A stretch of DNA of 33,902 nt from a virus (taxonomy: Duplodnaviria > Caudoviricetes). The position numbers and the translations under genes are program-made. Of this stretch, positions 14,504 to 22,081 are shown one piece after another; positions within the stretch are counted from its first letter, which is position 1; each line of letters starts with the position of its first letter. The notes under the pieces were generated by a model that was not told the origin of the DNA, searched no databases, and worked only from the letters and a program-made list of their open reading frames with translations. The stretch is from IMG/VR virus record IMGVR_UViG_3300049828_000060, positions 1-33,902 of that record; one strand, 5' to 3'.

Positions 14504-14621
14504 GAAGGGAAGGCCGACGCGGTTGCTTCTGAGCTTGAAGGCTTGGGGAGCTAGCAGCAAGGCTGATGCGAAATCGAAGGCGCGGGCGATTAGTGCGCGG
14601 CTCAAAGCGAAGAAGGATTAG
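14313..14621 (+). CDS. Basic conserved phage protein (DUF6321-like)
   Basis: SPAWQRKAGQNPEGGLNAAGRASY, RRASFLARM, PTRLLLSLKAWG. Confidence 0.8.
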   Translation: MAKSPAWQRKAGQNPEGGLNAAGRASYKAETGGTLKAPVKSGDNPRRASFLARMGSMPGPEKDEKGRPTRLLLSLKAWGASSKADAKSKARAISARLKAKKD

Positions 14622-14625
14622 GCTC

Positions 14626-14811
14626 ATGTGCTTTGGTGGTGGACCTGACATTCCGAAGACTGAGATTGAGTATGAGAAGAAGGACTACGGTCCTCTTCCT
14701 TCATTGCGGGTTGGTGAGACTGTGGATCGGAAGGGTCCGACCTATCAGAGTGTGCGCCAAGGGTCTAAGGTTCGGAGCCTGTTGATGCCGATGGGGATGA
14801 GCAATGGCTGA
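14626..14811 (+). CDS. Small MCFG-start protein (T7 gp6.7-like virion protein candidate)
   Basis: MCFGGGPDIPK...RSLL; AAGGA RBS. Confidence 0.55.
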   Translation: MCFGGGPDIPKTEIEYEKKDYGPLPSLRVGETVDRKGPTYQSVRQGSKVRSLLMPMGMSNG

Positions 14812-14980
14812 GTCTCGGGTGAACGAGGCTGGGAACTACACCAAGCCGGGGATGCGAAAGACTTTGTTCCAGCGGATTAAGGCTGGCGGCAAGGGTGGCA
14901 ATCCGGGACAGTGGAGTGCGCGGAAGGCTCAGATGTTGGCCAAGCAGTACAAGGCCAAGGGCGGAGGATATACTTCGTGA
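14804..14980 (+). CDS. DUF5872-like protein, N-terminal half (58 aa), not in the ORF track
   Basis: NYTKPGMRKTLFQRIKAGGKGGNPGQWSARKAQMLAKQYKAKGGGY. Confidence 0.8.
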   Translation: MAESRVNEAGNYTKPGMRKTLFQRIKAGGKGGNPGQWSARKAQMLAKQYKAKGGGYTS

Positions 14981-15225
14981 AAGCACCTCAGAAAAGTTTG
15001 GCTGCGTGGACAAAGCAGAAGTGGACCACGAAGAGTGGCAAACCTTCTACGCAAGGCCCTAATGCCACGGGCGAGAGGTATTTGCCTGAGAAGGCAATCA
15101 AGGCTTTGAGTGCCAGTGAGTATGCGGCTACGACTGCAAAGAAGCGCGAGGCTACCAAGGCTGGTAGGCAGGTCTCGAAGCAACCGAAGAGCATTGCAGA
15201 CAAGGTTAAGAAGTATCGCGCATGA
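14977..15225 (+). CDS. DUF5872-like protein, C-terminal half
   Basis: GTGA overlap; QKSLAAWTKQKWTTKSG...GERYLPEKAIKALS; GGAGG RBS. Confidence 0.75.
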   Translation: MKAPQKSLAAWTKQKWTTKSGKPSTQGPNATGERYLPEKAIKALSASEYAATTAKKREATKAGRQVSKQPKSIADKVKKYRA

Positions 15226-15410
15226 GCTTTATCTCTACGATCACCAGTCAAGACCTGACCCTTCTTCGCGGCATCGTGAGGAAGGTTCATCTTCGTTACG
15301 TTCCGAAGGAACATGCAAATGACAAAGAGTGCGACAAGCTCATTGAGAGCTTGGGGCCTGAGATTGCGGAGCGGATGATTCGGTTCGGGGTGGACAAGGG
15401 ACTTCGATGA
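15222..15410 (+). CDS. Small hypothetical protein preceding terL
   Basis: ATGA overlaps on both sides. Confidence 0.7.
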   Translation: MSFISTITSQDLTLLRGIVRKVHLRYVPKEHANDKECDKLIESLGPEIAERMIRFGVDKGLR

Positions 15411-16930
15411 TCGACTTCAAGTATAAGCCTGATGGTGAGGTGCTGAAGGACTTCATGAAGGACGACACCTTCTTTCGCGGCATCCGTGGCCCTGTCGGTT
15501 CAGGCAAGTCGGTCGGCTGTTGCGTTGAGGTTTTTCGTCGCGCCTTAATGCAGTCGAAGGGGCCGGATGGTAAGCGCAAGAGCCGCTGGGCCATCATCCG
15601 AAATACCAACCCACAGCTTAGAACAACGACAATCAAGACTTGGCTGGACTGGTTCCCTGAGAATGATTGGGGCAAGTTTACTTGGTCAGTGCCTTACACG
15701 CACATGATTAAGAAGGGTGACTTGGAGCTTGAGGTTATCTTCCTCGCCCTTGATAGACCCGAAGATGTGAAGAAGCTGCTGTCGCTGGAACTCACTGGCA
15801 TCTGGATTAACGAGGCTAGGGAGATTCCCAAGAGCATCATTGATGCTTGTACCATGCGCGTGGGTCGCTACCCTTCTATGCGTGATGGTGGCCCTAGCTG
15901 GACTGGCGTTATCGCAGATACCAACGCGCCGGAAGAAGATCACTGGTGGCCGATTATGTCTGGTGAGGTTCCGATCCCAGACCACATTCCCAAAGAGCAG
16001 GCCAAGATGCTGGTAAAGCCAAGCAACTGGCGCTTCTTTACTCAGCCTGCCGGGATGGTTGAGGTCAAGAATGATAGCGGCGACATTGAGAAGTACGAGC
16101 CAAACGCAAAGGCCGAGAACCGCAAGAACATGATGCAGTCGTATTACCCGAACTTGATTCAGGGTAAGACCAAAAGCTGGATTGATGTCTATGTGATGAA
16201 CCGCCTTGGCACCATTCAGGATGGAAAGCCAGTGTATCCCATGTTTGCCACAGAGGCTCACGTTGCTCAGGAAGAGATTCCGATTGCGGCGGGCCAGCCT
16301 GTCTATGTTGGATTGGACTTTGGCCTTACGCCTGCGGCTGCAATTGGCCAGAAGGTCAGAGGTCGGTGGCTGATTCAGTCTGAGATTGTTGCCATTGATA
16401 TGGGCATCGTCAGGTTTGCTGAGGTTCTACGCAATGAACTGGCAACTAGATTTGCAGCGGCTGGCGAAACTATCATCTATGGCGATCCGGCTGGTGACTT
16501 TAGAGCGCAGACCGATGAATCAACGCCGTTCCATATCTTGCGAGGCGCTGGATTGCGGGCTTTTCCTACGCACTCCAACTCGCCGGACCTTCGGATTGAA
16601 GCTGTTTCTTCTCAGCTTACCAAGATGGTCGAAGGCAAGCCCGCGTTTCTCTTGGATCGGCGCTGCACCACAATCATCAAGGGCTTTGAGGGCGGCTATT
16701 CCTACAAGCGCATGGAAGTTTCTGGTGAGCGGTATGCCGACAAGCCAGAGAAGAACATGTTCAGCCACGTCCATGACGCCTTGCAGTATCTTCTTCTCGG
16801 CGCAGGCGAGGGACGAGCCTTGATGAATAGTCAGAAACCAGCGCAGGTTACAGTCGCCAAGCGTGACTTTGACGTGTTTGCGCGGCAAGATAAGCCTAAG
16901 CGCAGGCAGGGACTCTGGGCTAGGATGTAG
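15407..16930 (+). CDS. terL: Terminase large subunit
   Basis: Walker A GPVGSGKS, Walker B IWINEARE, DTN motif, nuclease GLDFG and HVHDALQY. Confidence 0.95.
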   Translation: MIDFKYKPDGEVLKDFMKDDTFFRGIRGPVGSGKSVGCCVEVFRRALMQSKGPDGKRKSRWAIIRNTNPQLRTTTIKTWLDWFPENDWGKFTWSVPYTHMIKKGDLELEVIFLALDRPEDVKKLLSLELTGIWINEAREIPKSIIDACTMRVGRYPSMRDGGPSWTGVIADTNAPEEDHWWPIMSGEVPIPDHIPKEQAKMLVKPSNWRFFTQPAGMVEVKNDSGDIEKYEPNAKAENRKNMMQSYYPNLIQGKTKSWIDVYVMNRLGTIQDGKPVYPMFATEAHVAQEEIPIAAGQPVYVGLDFGLTPAAAIGQKVRGRWLIQSEIVAIDMGIVRFAEVLRNELATRFAAAGETIIYGDPAGDFRAQTDESTPFHILRGAGLRAFPTHSNSPDLRIEAVSSQLTKMVEGKPAFLLDRRCTTIIKGFEGGYSYKRMEVSGERYADKPEKNMFSHVHDALQYLLLGAGEGRALMNSQKPAQVTVAKRDFDVFARQDKPKRRQGLWARM

Positions 16931-16932
16931 TC

Positions 16933-16955
16933 CAGCGAAGCAGCTTCGCTGTTTT
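16933..16955 (+). terminator. Intrinsic terminator after terL
   Basis: CAGCGAAG-CAG-CTTCGCTG followed by TTTT. Confidence 0.65.
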
Positions 16956-16963
16956 GTGCATTG
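16953..16963 (+). promoter_or_regulatory. Late promoter motif copy 2 (portal operon)
   Basis: TTTGTGCATTG about 50 nt before the ATG at 17012. Confidence 0.55.
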
Positions 16964-17011
16964 ATGCAACCTCGCATCTGTGCTTTTCCAAGGGAAACAT
17001 AGGAGGCAACC

Positions 17012-17269
17012 ATGTGCTTTGGACCAAGTTCAGCAGAGAAGGCCGCTGCGGCTGAATCTCAGAAAACCCAACAAGAAGCTGCCGCCAAGCAGCAAGAAGC
17101 AGCAGATGCCGCTCAGCGTGAAGAGGCCGAGCGTCGTGCTGAAGCTAAGCAAGGCGACATCGAAGCTGCAATCTCCTCGCGCACAACTCGTCGCGGCATG
17201 AGCGGTGGCGCTGGGCGTCGCTCCCTGTTCACATCTGGCGGTGCTGGCTTCTTGGGAAGGTTCCAGTAA
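17012..17269 (+). CDS. Small virion protein preceding the portal (T7 gp6.7/7.3-like)
   Basis: MCFGPS start, Ala/Gln coiled coil, GRRSLF; AGGAGG RBS. Confidence 0.75.
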   Translation: MCFGPSSAEKAAAAESQKTQQEAAAKQQEAADAAQREEAERRAEAKQGDIEAAISSRTTRRGMSGGAGRRSLFTSGGAGFLGRFQ

Positions 17270-18811
17270 ATGAAAGACCCCTTGGCCAAAAAGTATCTGG
17301 AACGCTACCGGAAGGCCAAGGCTTTTCGAGAGAACTGGGTTCCCCTGTTTGAGGAGTGCTACGAGTATGCACTGCCTCAACGTGAGTCCTTCTACTACGA
17401 AGAAGCAGGCCAGCGCCGCGACGACAGAATCTTTGACGAGACTGCCGTTGTAGGTGTGCAGGAGTTTGCAAGCCGACTGCAAAGCGGACTTGTTCCAAAC
17501 TTTGCACGTTGGGCTGATCTTGTTTCTGGCTCAGAGGTTCCGCCTGAACAGCGTGATGCTGTAGATAACGACCTTGATGAAGTCACTGAGTATGTCTTTG
17601 AGATTCTTCAAAGCTCCAACTTCAATCAAGAAGTCCATGAATCGTTCATGGATTTGGCCGTTGGCACTGGCGTCCTCGCTGTGGAAGAGGGTGACTCAAT
17701 CAACCCGGTTGTTTTCTCAGCAGTCCCGCTGCCGCACATCGTTCTTGACACTGGCCCCGATGATCGGATTGACCATGTGTTCCGTGAGCGGAAGAAGGTG
17801 CGCTACTCTGATTTGAAAATCCTCTATCCCAAAGGGACGTTCGATCAGAAGGTCGAGCGCAGAATGAGCGGAGACGATACCACTACTGTTCTTGAAGTGG
17901 TGTGCCGTGACTACGACCTTCGCAATGAAGAGGGTTACTATCACTATGCAATCTGCATGGAGACAGAAACCGTTCTTTACAAGAAGCAAATGAAGGGCGT
18001 TGGCTCTAATCCTTTTGTTTGCTTCCGCTGGTCGAAGTGCGCTGGTGAAGTCTATGGTCGCGGCCCGCTTCTCAATGCGCTGTCTGCTATCAAGACGACC
18101 AACCTAACCATTGAGTTGATCCTTGAGAACGCGCAGATGTCGATCAGTGGCATCTATCAGATGGAAGATGATGGGGTGATTAACCCAGACACGATTCGTC
18201 TGGTTCCCGGCACAATTATTCCCAAGGCTATGGGAAGCCAAGGCTTGCAGCCAATCAATGCAGCTGGTCGCTTTGACGTGGCCCAGCTTATCTTGAGCGA
18301 CATGCGTTTGAACATTAAGCGCGCACTCTACAACGATATGCTTGGCAACCCAGACAAGACCCCGGCAACGGCAACCGAAGTCGCTGAGCGCATGGCCGAC
18401 CTTTCTCGTCGCATTGGCTCTGCCTTTGGTCGCTTGCAGGCTGAGCTTGTGCAGCCAGTTCTTCAGCGCGTGATCTACATTCTGAAGAAGCAGGGTCGCA
18501 TCCAAGTCCCGGTGATTAACGGACGTGAAGTTAAGGTGCGCTCCGTTTCTCCGCTGGCTCAGGCTCAAGCCAATCAAGACATCTCAAATGTGGCCCGTTA
18601 CCTACAGCTTGTTGGCGGCACCTTTGGTCCTGAAATGCTTCAGCTTCTCATTGATGGCGAAAAGACCGCCATTCACTTGGCCAAGAAGTTTGGTGTACCA
18701 GAGAGCTTGATCCGTGACGAAGAGCAGCGTAAACAAATAGCTGCAATGGCGCAGCAGTTGGCGCAGCAACAGTCAGGGATGCAGGGTGGTCAACCAATCC
18801 AACAGGGTTAA
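17270..18811 (+). CDS. Portal (head-to-tail connector), T7 gp8-like
   Basis: 513 aa; IFDETA, RW....GEVYGRGP, TATEV.ER, GRLQAELVQP, SPLAQAQ. Confidence 0.95.
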   Translation: MKDPLAKKYLERYRKAKAFRENWVPLFEECYEYALPQRESFYYEEAGQRRDDRIFDETAVVGVQEFASRLQSGLVPNFARWADLVSGSEVPPEQRDAVDNDLDEVTEYVFEILQSSNFNQEVHESFMDLAVGTGVLAVEEGDSINPVVFSAVPLPHIVLDTGPDDRIDHVFRERKKVRYSDLKILYPKGTFDQKVERRMSGDDTTTVLEVVCRDYDLRNEEGYYHYAICMETETVLYKKQMKGVGSNPFVCFRWSKCAGEVYGRGPLLNALSAIKTTNLTIELILENAQMSISGIYQMEDDGVINPDTIRLVPGTIIPKAMGSQGLQPINAAGRFDVAQLILSDMRLNIKRALYNDMLGNPDKTPATATEVAERMADLSRRIGSAFGRLQAELVQPVLQRVIYILKKQGRIQVPVINGREVKVRSVSPLAQAQANQDISNVARYLQLVGGTFGPEMLQLLIDGEKTAIHLAKKFGVPESLIRDEEQRKQIAAMAQQLAQQQSGMQGGQPIQQG

Positions 18812-19052
18812 TATTGGAATAGACGGCAGCGTAAGACCTGTCGATGCTGACAGACAGATCAGCCAGAACATAGCGGAGGTCTTCTCGTCCCCAGCGGGCA
18901 AGGAAGTCCTTCGCTATCTTCGTTCTATCACCATCGAAATGGTCAGTGGTCCGAACATCACAACCGAAGAGCTTCGACACTTAGAGGGCCAGCGCTATCT
19001 CGTCGGCTTGATTGAGCGTCGTATCGACCATGCACATAGGAGCAAACAATGA
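18786..19052 (+). CDS. Small protein between portal and scaffold (Bbp19-like)
   Basis: VFSSPAGKEVLRYLR...LRHLEGQRYLV. Confidence 0.75.
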   Translation: MVNQSNRVNIGIDGSVRPVDADRQISQNIAEVFSSPAGKEVLRYLRSITIEMVSGPNITTEELRHLEGQRYLVGLIERRIDHAHRSKQ

Positions 19053-19795
19053 GCGAATCGCTTTTGTCAGGAACGCCAGCGCCCGCTGCTGTAAACGATC
19101 AGATCACTGACTCCGTAACTCAAGCTGCACCGCAGCAAGCTGACCCTTCTCAGCGCCCCGAATGGCTCCCTGAGAAATACAAGTCGCCCGAAGATTTGGC
19201 CAAGGCTTACAAAGAGCTTGAGGGCAAGCTTGGCACCCGCGATGAAGATATGCGGAAGAAGGTGATGGAGGAGCTTCAAGCCGAAGCTTACAAGGATCGC
19301 CCGCCGTCCGCTGGCGAGTATAGCCTTCCCGACTTTGTGAACGAAGAAGAGGCTGTGAACAGCGACCTACTCAAGTGGTGGGCAGATCAAGCCTTTGAGA
19401 ATGGCTACTCTCAGTCTGAGTTTGAGAAGGGCATTGAGATTTACATGAAGTCTATGCCCGCACCTCCGGACTTGGAGGCGGAGCGTAGCAAGCTTGGCGA
19501 CAGTGCAAACCAGCGCATTGAAGCCGCCTCAATGTTTGCAACCAAGTTCTTCCCAGAAGAAACTCTGCCTGCCATTGAGCGCCTGTGTGAAAGCGCAGAG
19601 GGCATCATTGCCCTTGAGATTATGATGGAGGCCATGAAGGATGGTAGCTTCTCGCAAGCGGCCAATCCGGCAAGCGGTACATCGGAAGCAGACCTTCGTG
19701 AGATGATGAAGGACGAGCGTTATTGGAATCCCGCAAAGCGCGACAGCGATTTTATCAAGAAGGTCGATGCCGGGTTCAAGAAAATCTATGGCTAA
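19049..19795 (+). CDS. Capsid scaffolding protein, T7 gp9-like
   Basis: RPEWLPEKY, LAKAYKELE, acidic helical composition, C-terminal MKDERYW. Confidence 0.88.
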   Translation: MSESLLSGTPAPAAVNDQITDSVTQAAPQQADPSQRPEWLPEKYKSPEDLAKAYKELEGKLGTRDEDMRKKVMEELQAEAYKDRPPSAGEYSLPDFVNEEEAVNSDLLKWWADQAFENGYSQSEFEKGIEIYMKSMPAPPDLEAERSKLGDSANQRIEAASMFATKFFPEETLPAIERLCESAEGIIALEIMMEAMKDGSFSQAANPASGTSEADLREMMKDERYWNPAKRDSDFIKKVDAGFKKIYG

Positions 19796-20297
19796 GCCCT
19801 TCCTAGAAGAACGTGGCCTACGGCTTGTGGCGCTTGAACAGCGCCACATCCTGCCCTTCGTCGCCAACCTTAGCGCAGAAAACCTAAGAGAGTTTGAGAC
19901 GCTGTATCAGCGGTCGCCCTTAGAATCCCTTGAGGCAATTGTTCACAACCCTTTGGTTTATGCTGTGGAAAAAGATGGGCAACCGCTAGCTGTGACTGGC
20001 ATTGACCCAGATCACGGCTTTATGTGGGCAATGTTTAGCAAAGATATGCGGAAACATTGGATCAGCTTTGCCAGAGCTTCGATCAAACTGATGGCCTTCT
20101 ACAATCTCCTTCATCCGCGCCTGACCTGTGATGTCTGGACTGAGAACGAGATGATCCATCAATGGTTAGTTTCTCTTGGCTTTCTGCCGGAACGTGCTAT
20201 TCAAAGTGCAAATGGACAAGTGGTCATCCGTTTTGTGCGTTGCAGCCCTGAGCAAAAGTCTGTTCAGACTACAACATTACGGCCCGTGCTGCACTGA
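19788..20297 (+). CDS. GNAT-fold protein similar to T7 gp13 (internal virion protein A)
   Basis: NLSAENLREF, PLAVTG...WAMFS, VWTENEMIHQWLVSLGF. Confidence 0.65.
   Translation: MAKPFLEERGLRLVALEQRHILPFVANLSAENLREFETLYQRSPLESLEAIVHNPLVYAVEKDGQPLAVTGIDPDHGFMWAMFSKDMRKHWISFARASIKLMAFYNLLHPRLTCDVWTENEMIHQWLVSLGFLPERAIQSANGQVVIRFVRCSPEQKSVQTTTLRPVLH
20232..20242 (+). promoter_or_regulatory. Late promoter motif copy 3 (major capsid)
   Basis: TTTGTGCGTTG followed by CAGCCCT, as in copy 1. Confidence 0.55.
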
Positions 20298-20374
20298 GAG
20301 GCCCGCAAGGACACCCTCGTTGAAGTGAGAAGGCGGATACCCGTCAGACCTCAACTTCAACATGGACCTTGAAA

Positions 20375-21184
20375 ATGGCTAACACAATCGACCAAGCCTT
20401 CATCAAGCAGTTTGAGACCGAAGTTCACATGGCGTATCAGCGCATGGGTTCCAAGCTCCGGAACACTGTTCGCACGACCAACGTGACTGGTTCGTCTGCT
20501 CGATTCCAGAAGATCGGTGCGGGTTCCGCATCAACCAAATCCCGCAATGGTAACGTCGCTCCGATGGAGTTGGCGCACACCTATGTCGAAGCAACGATGG
20601 CTGACTTCTACGCAGCCGAGTACATCGACAAGCTGGACGAACTGAAGATCAACATCAACGAGCGTCAAGCCGTTGCTCAGTCGGCTGCTGCCGCCCTTGG
20701 CCGCAAGACCGACGAACTGTTGATCACTGCTATGGACGCTGGCGCAAACGCAACCCAAGTCAACTCGGCTGCTGCCGCTGTTGAGAAGGCTGACATGCTG
20801 ACGCTGTTCGAACTGTTCGGCACCAATGACGTTCCTGAAGATGGCCAGCGTTATATCGCTATGCATCCGAAGGGCTTTGCGGACCTGTTCAACATCACCG
20901 AGTTTGCTTCCTCGGATTATGTTGGCCCGCAGAACCTGCCGTTTGCTGGCGGCATGACCATGAAGGAATTCCTCGGCTTCAAGATTTTCTCGACCTCGGC
21001 GGTCACGGCTGGCAAGAACCTTGCCTACCACACCACCGCTGTCGGCCTCGGCATCAACGCCGATGTGCAGACGGAGATCAACTACGTTGCTGAGAAAGTC
21101 TCGCACCTCGCAACGTCGATGATGTCGATGGGTGCCATTGCTATTGATAGCAACGGTATCTACGAACTCCTCGACAATAACTAA
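20375..21184 (+). CDS. Major capsid protein
   Basis: MANTIDQAFIKQFETEVHMAYQRMGSKLR, EYIDKLDELK, AALGRKTD; follows the scaffold. Confidence 0.92.
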   Translation: MANTIDQAFIKQFETEVHMAYQRMGSKLRNTVRTTNVTGSSARFQKIGAGSASTKSRNGNVAPMELAHTYVEATMADFYAAEYIDKLDELKININERQAVAQSAAAALGRKTDELLITAMDAGANATQVNSAAAAVEKADMLTLFELFGTNDVPEDGQRYIAMHPKGFADLFNITEFASSDYVGPQNLPFAGGMTMKEFLGFKIFSTSAVTAGKNLAYHTTAVGLGINADVQTEINYVAEKVSHLATSMMSMGAIAIDSNGIYELLDNN

Positions 21185-21196
21185 GGAGAACCAGAA

Positions 21197-21466
21197 ATGG
21201 CATTTACCCCTGCTTCTCTGACCCGCTTGGCTGGAGCTTCGGGTGTGTCCCTGTGGCACTACTCGACCGCTGACGCCATTGCTGATGTCAACACCGCTGG
21301 TTACTTCAACTCGGCCTCGAACATGCTGAACGTCAATGACGTTATCATCACTGTCACCGAGACTGGCGGAACTCCGGCTGTCAGCCACACCTACGTCAAC
21401 TCGAATTCGGCTGGCGTAGTTGACGTTGTGAATGGCGTTGCCATCACTTCGACTGACTCCGACTAA
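21197..21466 (+). CDS. Small structural protein (capsid decoration candidate)
   Basis: LWHYSTADAIADVNTAGYFN motif; strong AAGGAG RBS; cotranscribed with MCP. Confidence 0.7.
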   Translation: MAFTPASLTRLAGASGVSLWHYSTADAIADVNTAGYFNSASNMLNVNDVIITVTETGGTPAVSHTYVNSNSAGVVDVVNGVAITSTDSD

Positions 21467-21474
21467 GAAAGGAG

Positions 21475-21494
21475 AGGGGGGCTTCGGCCCCCCT
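21475..21494 (+). terminator. UUCG hairpin after the capsid genes
   Basis: AGGGGGGC-TTCG-GCCCCCCT; no U-tract. Confidence 0.5.
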
Positions 21495-21502
21495 AACCCC
21501 AC

Positions 21503-22081
21503 ATGCCAGCAAACACAGCAATCAAAGTCTGCTCCCGCGCCTCCATCCTGATGGGTGGCCAATCCATTGCCTCCTTTGAAGACGGAACTGTTGAGGCCGA
21601 TGTCTGCGAAGCGATGTATGATGATGTTGCTCGGGCATCCTTGACCAATACTCGGTGGCGGTTTGCCACAAACCAATCCATTCTGACGCGCAATGCCTCT
21701 GCCCCTACTGGTAGATTCGATGCGTCCTATCAGCTTCCGGCAACCATGTTGATGCTCAACGCAATCACTGTGAATGATATGCCGATTGAGTATGACATCT
21801 ACGGCGACAAGGCTTTCTGCAATGCAGTGGCCTCTGATGTTGTGATTGCTGACTACATCTTCCGCGCAACAGAAGCTAACTGGCCCGCTTACTTCACCAT
21901 TGCTGTGGAGTTTTCGATGGCTGCAATCTTGGCTGTCTCGGTTGCGCGTGATGCCCAGCTTGCTTCACTCATGGAGCAGAAGGCCAATCTCTATATGATG
22001 CAAGCTCGTCGTCTCGACTCTCAGCAGCAGACCACGCGCAAGCTCAACACTTCGAGGTTCATTGCTCAAAGGCGTAGCTGA
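21503..22081 (+). CDS. Tail tubular protein A (T7 gp11-like adaptor)
   Basis: ICSRA..LMG..I.SF, WRFAT, YQLP; size and synteny. Confidence 0.85.
   Translation: MPANTAIKVCSRASILMGGQSIASFEDGTVEADVCEAMYDDVARASLTNTRWRFATNQSILTRNASAPTGRFDASYQLPATMLMLNAITVNDMPIEYDIYGDKAFCNAVASDVVIADYIFRATEANWPAYFTIAVEFSMAAILAVSVARDAQLASLMEQKANLYMMQARRLDSQQQTTRKLNTSRFIAQRRS

Noticed and set aside
21150-21200. T7 10A/10B-type capsid frameshift or read-through
   Set aside because: No slippery sequence before the TAA; the next ORF has its own strong RBS
20531-21676. 381-aa minus-strand ORF
   Set aside because: Antisense shadow of the highly biased capsid genes; no RBS or motif. The same applies to the other antisense ORFs over structural genes
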